Source of the DNA: a bacterium
Lineage (GTDB): Bacteria > Babelota > Babeliae > Babelales > RVW-14
Assembly: GCA_023249935.1 (NCBI GenBank)
Contig: JAHFBQ010000002.1
Location: forward strand, 1 to 42,679
Length of the DNA: 42,679 nt
Direction of reading: 5' to 3'
Shown: piece by piece, positions 17,368 through 26,138 of the stretch
Position numbering within the stretch: the first letter of the stretch is position 1
How the letters are laid out: each line of letters opens with the position of its first letter
Translations under genes and position numbers: made by a program
Notes under the pieces: model-generated
The model's database searches: none
The model's input: the letters and a program-made list of their open reading frames with translations, nothing else
Told to the model about the DNA's origin: nothing

Positions 17368-17389
17368 CAGTCCAGTTCTTTGAATGCCT

Positions 17390-17780
17390 GGGGGCGTACC
17401 GGTTTCGACGTGATGTTTTTTGCGTTGAGTGCATGTCGTGGTTTGTATGGGCCCACGTTAAAAAACTGTGCGAATAATAAGTGCTGAAGCACACACATTC
17501 GGTTTTGGTGACATGTTCCGCGGTAACGCGGCTGTCGCCCGTGCTTAATTAAGCGCGTGCCGCAAGCATATTTGGTACCTTCACCGTCTGGATCTGCTTG
17601 AACAAACAAAGGTGGGGTTTCTACGTGAGCTTAGTTTTGGGTAGCGTAGTCATACACGAAAAGCCCTGCATTATATTCTGTGTCTTTGAGGTGTAATGTA
17701 GGTATATTCAAAGACTGAACATGGAGTACTTGACGTTGGAAGTGTTGCGGACATGGGTTCAATTCCCATCGCCTCCACCA
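17390..17780 (+). ncRNA. ssrA: tmRNA (transfer-messenger RNA), one-piece, CCA encoded
   Basis: 5' end GGGGGCGTACCGGTTTCGACG. 3' end GGACATGGGTTCAATTCCCATCGCCTCCACCA. Acceptor stem GGGGGCG/CGCCTCC contains the G3:U alanine identity pair. T-arm is ATGGG-TTCAATT-CCCAT. Confidence 0.92.
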
Positions 17781-17896
17781 GCCTTCGCTCACAAGTGAGC
17801 TTCGGCTGGCAAGCCAGGTAGGGAAGGCTGTGCGCCATGGTTCGAAGAGCGACGGCGGGCCAGTTGCTGTTCTCTGCTACTCAAATAAATTTGAAT

Positions 17897-17925
17897 GGGC
17901 CACTCGATCGAGTGGCCCATTTTTT
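17897..17925. terminator. Rho-independent terminator shared by convergent ssrA and the mscK-like gene
   Basis: 9-bp stem GGGCCACTC/GAGTGGCCC with loop GATC, then ATTTTTT. It abuts the minus-strand stop codon at 17924. Confidence 0.7.
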
Positions 17926-20900
17926 ACTGATCAAACGAGAATTGTACGGGACTGCTTGACGAAGTTTTGCCGCCATGAATGACCCTTTGAGGTAGTCCAA
18001 AGCGGATACCCTTCGCTCTGAACGCCTTAAAAATTTCTTCACGCAGCGTAGCTGCAATCATCCATTGTTCCTGTACACGGCGAGCACTAATGAATGCTCG
18101 AGCAAGGAAGTAGATACCTGCTTCTTCAAAATCATCAATGCGAATAATGATGCTTGGAACACGTAGGATAATTGGATTACTCTGCAGTACTTCCTGCAAA
18201 ATTTTCTTTACATCATCAACGTTTGAATCATAGTCTACTAAGATTTTGACTTCAAACCCAACGGCAAAGCGTCCTTTACCCCAGTTGGAAATGACCTTCC
18301 CAACCATATCTTTGTTTGCAATGATTACTGAGTGATTAAGACGAGTCATAATTGTTGTTGTGCGGGCATCAATTTTATGTACGACTCCTTGATACTCAGT
18401 ATTGTTATCAAACCGTACATAATTTCCAACTTCAATAGGGCGTTCGATAAGAACAAAAAAACCTGCAACATAGTCAGTTAAGATATCTTTGAGTGCAAAG
18501 CCAAGACCAACTGCGAGCGTTGTTCCTATGTACCAAATGAGTTGTTCTAGGTGAATTGATATAAAGCCAAGTAGAAAACTCAAGCAGATTGTGAAGTAGT
18601 GTACAATTTTAGTGACGGTGTTTTGTGTGCCAGGCTCGGTACGAAGAATATCGAAAAGTCTATTGAGTACCAAGCGATGTATAATCGAGGAGGCCAAAAA
18701 GCCGCCGACAACAAAAAGAATTAATGTAATGAATTGAATGAAGCCAAATTTTTTATCAACACCAATAGGTACAACCATTGTTTCTGATAAAAAGCGCCAG
18801 AAATCTTCGATCGAGACATTAAATTCCCAGATGCGTGCAATGATAAAAGCACTCAAAAGTAGTAGTATCAAGAAGCTAAAAATAACAAAGAAGCCATAGT
18901 ACGTTTTGGCATGCTCAAACTTGTCGGTGATTTCTTCGTCGCTTTCCTTCATAAACATGAAGACAGCATATTTTCGAACATACCCATGTGTTAAAAACAT
19001 GCCATAAATAACCAGAGCTGTAAGCGGGATGCTGAAACTAAGAAACGTTGCAAGGTTGCCATAGCCAACAAATGAGCGAGACAAGAGGAAGAGTGATATG
19101 ACAAATGTCATCAATGGATAATAAAAAGTATCTAATTGTTTTTTAATCCATTGGCTGAATGACGATGCGTCGGGCAAGAAATAGAGGAAGTGCTCTTTAG
19201 AAAAAATAACTATAGGGAGCATAATCAGGGCGCTTGTTTGCATAGCAGAGAGAAGCTGTGTCAGTGCAAGCGATCCATAGGGCAAAAGATGAACTGCGGC
19301 CTGTCGTAGTGGTATGATTATGGCAAATATATAGCAGTACGTGGCGAGTAGTAATTCTATGCCCTCTTGAAATTTTTCCGGGAAAGATAGAAAGCTGATT
19401 TTTTTATTTAATGCTCTAAGGCGAAGCAGTAAATTTCTCGCAAGGAAAATAAAAAGTGGAATGGTGATTAGATAAAACAGAGAAATATAGTATGGCAGAG
19501 CATATGGTTTAAGCAGGCTGAATGGACCAAAAAAATTGAAGGCGATGTGTAGGTAGAAAAATAACCATGAGCCCGATAGCAACACATTTTCTTGTAAAAA
19601 CTGTAGAGCTCCTAAGCCTATTGTTGCATAGAGCAGACTTTTATCATTCTTATTATTACCTTGAATAGAGCCTAAAAGTCGTGAAAATAATATGATGCAA
19701 AGCTTGAACAAGGCTATGAAGCTGATGAAAAACATAAAGAGTAGTAATAAGTTAAGGACATGCTGCCAAGTGAGCATCTTTAGCGTGGCAAAAAGAGCGG
19801 AAAAGCTTAAATGTCTTGAGGCGTCAAAAAAGAGGTGTTTAACAAAAGCCTCGGCTTCGTTTAAAGCTCTTACTAAGTCGTTTAATGACAGTGCGTTTGG
19901 CGAGCGTTTCCAAAGTCCAAAGCGAGAACGGTGATTTTCAAGGTTTTCAATAATGAGATTGTATTGGCCCAAAATTTTTTCATAACGAGTTAAGTAGTCT
20001 GTTGAGGCACCAATGTATTCTTGGCTAAGGCTGAACCAGGCTGTTACTGATTGGCGAGATTCTTCTAGATTCCTATTAATTTGAGCGAGTTCATTTTCAT
20101 GATCAGAGAAGATTGAGGGGGCTGAAGCATTGATTTTAGCCTGAATGATCTTGATGTCTTCTAGTGCTCGTGAGCGGTCGCTATAGCTCTTGAGTACCTC
20201 ATCATGCTTATCCTTCATTTTTTTGAAGAGGCTGAGGGCGATATCTTTGTGATTTTTAAATGTTTGTGCAAGTTCACTTGCATTTGCTCTACCACGGAAA
20301 AGCTTGTAACGAACGTCTACATCGTGGGCAATTATTTCTCTGCTTTGGACTGCCAAGTCAGCAAGTTCTCTTTTAATGTTTAAAAAATCAATCTCACGTT
20401 CTAGTACATGAATAATGCTGGTGCTTTTGTGGATTTCTGATTGCAAGACGTGATATGCAACAGAATCGGAAGTTTCGCGATTTTGGCCTATAAAATCTTT
20501 GAGTTGCCGTTGGAGGTTGATGCGTAGCGTTGCAATGTGTGCCTTATCAGCCTTTTTAGCATCAATCTTTTTTGATAAAGTTTCTTTGATGCGTACAGCT
20601 TTTTGATTTGCTAAATTTGCCTCTGCTCGAGCGCCCTCAACATCATAGCTGGTGAGACTGAGCCCTTTTTCTATGCGAGAAAGTAGATATTTTTTGTTTT
20701 GAAGTTGAATATCTAGTAATTCTACGGCATCACTTTGTGCTGCTATTTCAAGCTCTAATCGAGTAGTTTTTGTTTTAGAAAGTTCTATCTTTTTTTGTAA
20801 TAGTTGTGTTTCTAAGTTAAAAATCTCATTTGATAATTTAAGGTGTGCTCCTGTGGTTGTGCGATTTGACGAAGATTCTTCCGTCAATGTTTTTGCGTGC

Positions 20901-21523
20901 TCTCTTCCGGAGACTTCAAGCCGTTTTTGCAATGAGGTGATTGATTCAGTCTCGGTAATTTTTTGCTTAGTAAGATCGTCACGCTTTTTTCGTTCAGTAT
21001 CAAATTTAGAATGTAGCGTGCCGGTTTCTGATTGAGCCTCACGCAGCTCTTGCCATGAATAAGCAGCTCTTTGTTCAGCGCCAAGTGTACTTTGTACGGT
21101 GAGATAGTCCTTGGTGGTTTTTATGTGAGCACTTATGACGTCGGCGGTTTCTTTGAGTTCTTCTTGGATGCTTGACAGTGCCTGCTTAATCTCACTCAGC
21201 ACTGTAATTTTTTTATTTTTAAGTACAGCTTCTTGTTCATTTCGAACATAGGAAAGACTGTATTTAACGTCATCAATCTGATTGTCGATGCGCAAAATCT
21301 CGCTGCGTAAAATTGAAATAGATTCAGCCAACTGCTTATTATGCGCTATTTGATCGCTCTGCAATTTTTCTAAAAGTTTCTTTTTTTGTTCAATGACACT
21401 AAAAAACGCAACCGGAGGTTTTTCAGCATTGGAGAAACCAAAACTTGAAAAGCTTTGTCCTAGAGATGTGAGAAACGAGATGGGTATTATTATTAAAAAA
21501 ATCAGAATAAATTTTTTTTGCAT
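17924..21523 (-). CDS. Large MscS-family mechanosensitive channel (MscK/KefA-like)
   Basis: 1199 aa: signal peptide, about 550 aa of coiled-coil periplasmic region, multiple TM helices, and a C-terminal MscS core (GLGFALKDILTDYVAGFFVLIERPIEVGNYV). Confidence 0.85.
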   Translation of the reverse strand: MQKKFILIFLIIIPISFLTSLGQSFSSFGFSNAEKPPVAFFSVIEQKKKLLEKLQSDQIAHNKQLAESISILRSEILRIDNQIDDVKYSLSYVRNEQEAVLKNKKITVLSEIKQALSSIQEELKETADVISAHIKTTKDYLTVQSTLGAEQRAAYSWQELREAQSETGTLHSKFDTERKKRDDLTKQKITETESITSLQKRLEVSGREHAKTLTEESSSNRTTTGAHLKLSNEIFNLETQLLQKKIELSKTKTTRLELEIAAQSDAVELLDIQLQNKKYLLSRIEKGLSLTSYDVEGARAEANLANQKAVRIKETLSKKIDAKKADKAHIATLRINLQRQLKDFIGQNRETSDSVAYHVLQSEIHKSTSIIHVLEREIDFLNIKRELADLAVQSREIIAHDVDVRYKLFRGRANASELAQTFKNHKDIALSLFKKMKDKHDEVLKSYSDRSRALEDIKIIQAKINASAPSIFSDHENELAQINRNLEESRQSVTAWFSLSQEYIGASTDYLTRYEKILGQYNLIIENLENHRSRFGLWKRSPNALSLNDLVRALNEAEAFVKHLFFDASRHLSFSALFATLKMLTWQHVLNLLLLFMFFISFIALFKLCIILFSRLLGSIQGNNKNDKSLLYATIGLGALQFLQENVLLSGSWLFFYLHIAFNFFGPFSLLKPYALPYYISLFYLITIPLFIFLARNLLLRLRALNKKISFLSFPEKFQEGIELLLATYCYIFAIIIPLRQAAVHLLPYGSLALTQLLSAMQTSALIMLPIVIFSKEHFLYFLPDASSFSQWIKKQLDTFYYPLMTFVISLFLLSRSFVGYGNLATFLSFSIPLTALVIYGMFLTHGYVRKYAVFMFMKESDEEITDKFEHAKTYYGFFVIFSFLILLLLSAFIIARIWEFNVSIEDFWRFLSETMVVPIGVDKKFGFIQFITLILFVVGGFLASSIIHRLVLNRLFDILRTEPGTQNTVTKIVHYFTICLSFLLGFISIHLEQLIWYIGTTLAVGLGFALKDILTDYVAGFFVLIERPIEVGNYVRFDNNTEYQGVVHKIDARTTTIMTRLNHSVIIANKDMVGKVISNWGKGRFAVGFEVKILVDYDSNVDDVKKILQEVLQSNPIILRVPSIIIRIDDFEEAGIYFLARAFISARRVQEQWMIAATLREEIFKAFRAKGIRFGLPQRVIHGGKTSSSSPVQFSFDQ

Positions 21524-21544
21524 CGTTATATCCTTGCTATGTGC

Positions 21545-22156
21545 TTACCCGTACAAGAACGGTATTGTTCTAAAACGATGGAATTGCGGATGTTCTTGTA
21601 GGCAGCGTAGAATCAGGTCTTGTATAGATACTTCATCGCAACTGATCACGCAAGATCGTACCTTGTGTTCAATAGAGGGGTCAATGACTTTTTCAAAAAG
21701 TCTTGCATAACGATGAAGTGCTGGTTGTTCGTAGAAGCCGGTCTGTGCTAAAAAGTGGCTGACAGCGAGCTCTTGCAAGTGAGTCATACGGCTTGTCTCT
21801 GCAGGAACATTAGAGAGTGTACGGTATTGTTCAAAAAAATCAAAATCAAGTGGGCTTGGTTGCTCTTCGGACATAAAAAAATAATATAGTTCTAAAATAT
21901 GATGTAGCCATGCAAGCTCACGTGGGGATTGAATATCTGGGTATGAAATGTCTTGAAAATTATCTACCTGAAATGTTTCAACGTTTTTTTTAATAAGGCG
22001 AGTTACTATGATACTTCCAGGACTTAAAGGCGTCTTAAGCTCTTTGCTTGTGCAAAAAATTTTGCCTAATGGGCGCGTAAAAATACAGAGACGCCCATGA
22101 TTAAAAGTTCGTAAAACAATTCCAGTTAACGATTCAAACATGAAAATCCTACTCAT
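21545..22156 (-). CDS. recO: DNA repair protein RecO-like
   Basis: 203 aa. N-terminal OB-like segment (GIVLRTFNHGRLCIFTRPLGKI) and a helical C-terminal half resembling RecO. Based on motif-level resemblance only. Confidence 0.5.
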   Translation of the reverse strand: MSRIFMFESLTGIVLRTFNHGRLCIFTRPLGKIFCTSKELKTPLSPGSIIVTRLIKKNVETFQVDNFQDISYPDIQSPRELAWLHHILELYYFFMSEEQPSPLDFDFFEQYRTLSNVPAETSRMTHLQELAVSHFLAQTGFYEQPALHRYARLFEKVIDPSIEHKVRSCVISCDEVSIQDLILRCLQEHPQFHRFRTIPFLYG

Positions 22157-22171
22157 AAAAAATATATTCTA

Positions 22172-22191
22172 TGTGATTGTAGTGTGATTGT
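22172..22191. promoter_or_regulatory. Tandem 9-bp direct repeat TGTGATTGT-AG-TGTGATTGT in the divergent recO/mltA intergenic region
   Basis: Two exact copies, at 22172-22180 and 22183-22191. Confidence 0.4.
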
Positions 22192-22372
22192 CAGATTATT
22201 TTAGAATCAATAAAATACACTATCGTCATCCCGGTTGGCGTTGACTGAGTGCAACCATCGCCTCCAGCAATGCTTTAAGAAGTAGGGGTAAATCGGGAAA
22301 GCTTGATTCAACTTCATGAGCTTTGGTTTACTATTCGAAGATAGTTTGAGTAGTAAACATAAAGGGGGTGCC

Positions 22373-23509
22373 ATGAATTGCTTGGTGTTCGTGCTGAATT
22401 TGGCCTTGCTTTTATATGGTGGTTCTCTTCGTGCATTTTATCTTGATAAAATGAGCTCGATGCCTTGTCAGCAAAAAGAGCATTTTCCCAGGGACTTTGA
22501 TATGCGTAAGCATTTCTCGCTTGTGCGACCAACCTTTGGGCGAGAAAATATTTCTACCGATCCATTGGCGTTACAACAGGTAGTGCGGGACGCGCAAATT
22601 TTTTTTAAGCGATACGGTAAAACACATAAAGCTGTTATGGCGCCCCAGCCATTTTCTACACAAATTCTAAGTTATAAAAAAACAGTTGATACGCTGGCTT
22701 TTATTGATCAGGTCATAGAGGAAGATAAGGAATCTGGTGTTTTTAGAATTCACGATCCAGCATTTCTGGAGCAGAATTTTGGCTTCATTGCCTGGAGGCC
22801 TGATCGTGAAGCAGCTCATAAATTTGGACATATGGCTGTGAATGATAGAAAAATACGACTTACGAGTTATGTAATCTATCGAGCAACCGGTAGCTACGAA
22901 AAAACTAGTGAACACTCATGTGCATTGTATCAACTTGTGAATTCTAAAAAGCGAATTTCGCTAACAAAGCAGGAAATTTTGCAGGGTGCGCTAGAAGAAG
23001 ATCCTCAGTTGATGGCAAATGTAAAGCCGCTTGCGTGGGTCTCTCCTGCGACACTAGAGGAAGCAATGCTTCAGGGTACTGTATTATTGTCAATGACTGA
23101 TGGGCAAGAACGTGCTTTTACGGTGAATTTGAGCAACGGGCATAAGTTTGATTCTCAGTTGCGCAATCTTTCTAAACAAAAAATATATTGGTTTTTTTTG
23201 GAGCGAAAAAACAAAAATGATGTTAGAGCGTTGATTGATCGTTCTAGCCGGCGCAAAGGGGTTGTGTTTGCTGGGGATTTGTATGCTCTTGGGCTGGGGA
23301 AAATAGTGGCAATTCAGTATTTCAATAAAAAGACCAGGCGGCGAGAGTTGCGTCTTGGTGTTCTTGGTGATACGGGAAGCGCATTTGATAAAAATCTTTA
23401 TCATCTCGATCTTTTCGGGGGCATTATTTCAGACAAACATGAGTTGAGAAGTTATCTTAGCAACTTCCCGCCAGCAGTAAAAGCGTTCATTGTTTATAAA
23501 AAATCCTGA
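22373..23509 (+). CDS. mltA: Membrane-bound lytic murein transglycosylase A (MltA-like, with 3D domain)
   Basis: C-terminal 3D-domain motif GDTGSAF...HLDLFGG. Start set at the ATG preceded by AAAGGGGG. N-terminal signal/anchor MNCLVFVLNLALLLYGG. Confidence 0.8.
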   Translation: MNCLVFVLNLALLLYGGSLRAFYLDKMSSMPCQQKEHFPRDFDMRKHFSLVRPTFGRENISTDPLALQQVVRDAQIFFKRYGKTHKAVMAPQPFSTQILSYKKTVDTLAFIDQVIEEDKESGVFRIHDPAFLEQNFGFIAWRPDREAAHKFGHMAVNDRKIRLTSYVIYRATGSYEKTSEHSCALYQLVNSKKRISLTKQEILQGALEEDPQLMANVKPLAWVSPATLEEAMLQGTVLLSMTDGQERAFTVNLSNGHKFDSQLRNLSKQKIYWFFLERKNKNDVRALIDRSSRRKGVVFAGDLYALGLGKIVAIQYFNKKTRRRELRLGVLGDTGSAFDKNLYHLDLFGGIISDKHELRSYLSNFPPAVKAFIVYKKS

Positions 23510-26017
23510 TTACCAGGCGTAATTCATAGTCAGATGAAACTCATGTGCGGATTCACCGGGCTGACGATCGAGCTTAAAGCCCCAATCAATTTTTGCGGGG
23601 AATGGTGATGTTAAATTGAGTCCAAGTCCAACGGTATGGCGTAGATTAAAATTGTTGCGGATTACAACATCATCAAACGTAATTTGTTGGCTTGCTGATT
23701 GAGTTGCGTTGAAATCATTGATGGATTTATTTGGTGTATCCCATGCAGCACCAAGGTCATAGAAGAAGTGTCCACGCATACCAAGTTGACGTGCCAGCGG
23801 GAAGCTTATCTCGTTGTTACACTGTACTGCGCTTCGGCCGCCTAGTGGCTCATTAGTTGAGCGCCACGCAGGCCCAATACCGCTCCAGATGTGACCGCGT
23901 ACCGTGTTGGGTCCCCCCATATGGAAAAGTTCTTTGTACGGGATACTCTTGTTTGCAGATAATTCTCGGATGTTGCAAACCTTAAGATGGTTGCCAAGCA
24001 CTAAGTCATCTTCATTCAAGATAGCATTGTACATGCTTGCCGCAGCTTCAAGTCTGAAGTAACCAAATGTTTGGTTAATAGGGCTTGGTGCTAATTTGCT
24101 GCCAACTGAAATTTTGTAGCCCTTGTTAGGATAGACCTGGTGGTTACGCATGTCCTTAACTAAGTCTAAACCAATCCAAAGTTGCGATCCTTGCTGGAAG
24201 GTGCGATCTACAATTAATTGATACAATGGATCTATACGCTGTAGTGCAATATTAGAGTTTACGGGGACTTTGGGATTGTTATTGTGAATTGTTTCAGCTC
24301 CGAGATCAAGTACAAGGGCAAGGCGTTTATCAAGTTCTGGGAGCCCAAAGCCAAAGCGGACGTTTGTGCCCATGGTGTGCATCGATGGGAGAACAGAGAG
24401 TGTGCGGAAGCGGTCATACTCATCCCAGCGGCGATAGAGGTAGAAGCCGCATGAGACATCTTTGTCAAAAACATGAGGATCAATGAGTCGAATTTCAAAG
24501 CGACGTAATCCTGGACGATTCCTATCAAATCCAGTTTTGATCGCAGCACCAGCATCGATGCCATGACCGAGTAAGTTACCTTTCTCTAAGAGGATAGAGC
24601 CTTGTAACTCCTGCTTCTGATCATTCTCGCCACTTGCACCATACGTCAATTGCGCATTAAAATTGCCGGTCTTTGCTTCTTTCACATTGAGTTCAAGATC
24701 TGCCAGATCATCAGCAACGCGATGAATAATCCAATTAACGCCCTTTGGTTCATAGAAACTCAAGAATTCAACAGCGCGCTTTGAGGTTTCAAGCTTATTA
24801 CTTGTGATGAGGTCTCCCTCTAAAATATCCAAGCGGCGGCGAATAAGGCTATCGCGCGTGTTTACATTGCCGCTGATGGTGATGCGGTTGGCATACAGTT
24901 TTTTGCCAGGATTAACCATGAAGGCAAGGTCAACTTCTTTTGAGTCATCATCTTGGCGAAGATTATCTGATATCTCGGCGTAAATGTAGCCTTTTTCTTT
25001 CCATAGCGCTGTCATGCGATCTATCGACTCAATAACTTCGTGACGAATGAAAGGATGCCCCTCTCTGATAGAGATTGCCGCTTCTGCCTCTTCGACTGAG
25101 ACGATGTCATCATGGGGAGGGATTACACGGCGTACGATGTATTGCTCACTTTCATCAATATGAAAAGTAACGGTAATATCTCTGCGGTTGTCAGAAAACT
25201 CAGTATCGGTTTTATAGACTTTGGTGTTGAAGAAGCCATGTTCAAAATAATAGCTCTCAATGATGCTTTTATCATATTCAACTCTGCGTTCATCAAAGGT
25301 TCCTGATCCGTCTCCAAAGCCCAGTATCCAACGCTCTTTGGTATGAAGATGTTTACGGAGTTTGCGAGCAGGAATTTTTTTATTTCCTTTAAATTCGACG
25401 CGCAAAACACTAGCTTTTTCGCCCTCATCAACGGTGAAAAATGCAGTTACCTTGGCGGGATTATCTTTGCTTTGTTGTAGATCAAATGACACCTGAGCGC
25501 GGTGAAATCCCTCATTGACATACATTGCTTGGACTGCTTGCGCAATATTTCGAGCACTTTCTTCATCAATGTAAGAAAGCTTAGCTAGTTCTAAAGATTC
25601 AGTAATTTTTTTTGTGCTAATGTCTGAGTTGCCCTTAAACTCAATGCCACTGAGCAATTTTTTCTCTTCGACAGTAATGGTGAGGTGGACGAGTGTGCCG
25701 TCTTCGCGGGCTTTTATTTCTATCTGTTTAAAAGCGCCAAGGCTATACAAATTATTGATAGCAATACCGCTTTTTTTTGTATCAAGAGGTTGTCCAACTT
25801 GGAATGGGATCTTGCTGCGTAGCACATCAGAACCAATATATTTATTACCCTCGATGTTTATCGATTTAATGATGAGATTCTTGCCAAGGGTTGTTGGATC
25901 ATTCTTTCTCAAAAAATTATCGAGATCAGAAGGAGCTTTTGCCGATGCTGAAAACATCAAGGCTGGTTGTATAAAAAAACAAAACAAGGCCGCAATTTTT
26001 TGGAGGGCTCTAGACAT
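23510..26017 (-). CDS. bamA: Outer-membrane protein assembly factor BamA
   Basis: 835 aa. Signal peptide, POTRA repeats (RITISGNVNTRDSLIRRRLDILEGDL), barrel with L6 motif GGPNTVRGH, and a terminal aromatic residue (..MNYAW). Confidence 0.9.
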   Translation of the reverse strand: MSRALQKIAALFCFFIQPALMFSASAKAPSDLDNFLRKNDPTTLGKNLIIKSINIEGNKYIGSDVLRSKIPFQVGQPLDTKKSGIAINNLYSLGAFKQIEIKAREDGTLVHLTITVEEKKLLSGIEFKGNSDISTKKITESLELAKLSYIDEESARNIAQAVQAMYVNEGFHRAQVSFDLQQSKDNPAKVTAFFTVDEGEKASVLRVEFKGNKKIPARKLRKHLHTKERWILGFGDGSGTFDERRVEYDKSIIESYYFEHGFFNTKVYKTDTEFSDNRRDITVTFHIDESEQYIVRRVIPPHDDIVSVEEAEAAISIREGHPFIRHEVIESIDRMTALWKEKGYIYAEISDNLRQDDDSKEVDLAFMVNPGKKLYANRITISGNVNTRDSLIRRRLDILEGDLITSNKLETSKRAVEFLSFYEPKGVNWIIHRVADDLADLELNVKEAKTGNFNAQLTYGASGENDQKQELQGSILLEKGNLLGHGIDAGAAIKTGFDRNRPGLRRFEIRLIDPHVFDKDVSCGFYLYRRWDEYDRFRTLSVLPSMHTMGTNVRFGFGLPELDKRLALVLDLGAETIHNNNPKVPVNSNIALQRIDPLYQLIVDRTFQQGSQLWIGLDLVKDMRNHQVYPNKGYKISVGSKLAPSPINQTFGYFRLEAAASMYNAILNEDDLVLGNHLKVCNIRELSANKSIPYKELFHMGGPNTVRGHIWSGIGPAWRSTNEPLGGRSAVQCNNEISFPLARQLGMRGHFFYDLGAAWDTPNKSINDFNATQSASQQITFDDVVIRNNFNLRHTVGLGLNLTSPFPAKIDWGFKLDRQPGESAHEFHLTMNYAW

Positions 26018-26106
26018 CCCATTTCTCCTGAATGCTCTATGTATTTACAGGACTGGTATGCATAAACGAAAGAATAATGTGCAAGTTTTTATGATACAAG
26101 CAGCCG

Positions 26107-26138
26107 AAAAAAAAGCTACACCTTTTTTAAGGTAGCTT
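26107..26138 (-). terminator. Rho-independent terminator for the hydrolase-like gene
   Basis: The minus strand reads AGCTACCTTAAAAAAGGTGTAGC followed by T8, immediately after the stop at 26139. Confidence 0.55.

Noticed and set aside
17207-17609. ORFs 17207-17494 (-) and 17367-17609 (-) from the six-frame track
   Set aside because: They lie antisense across the ssrA promoter and the tmRNA body. The tmRNA assignment is unambiguous from its 5'/3' tRNA-like ends and G3:U pair, so these ORFs are almost certainly spurious.
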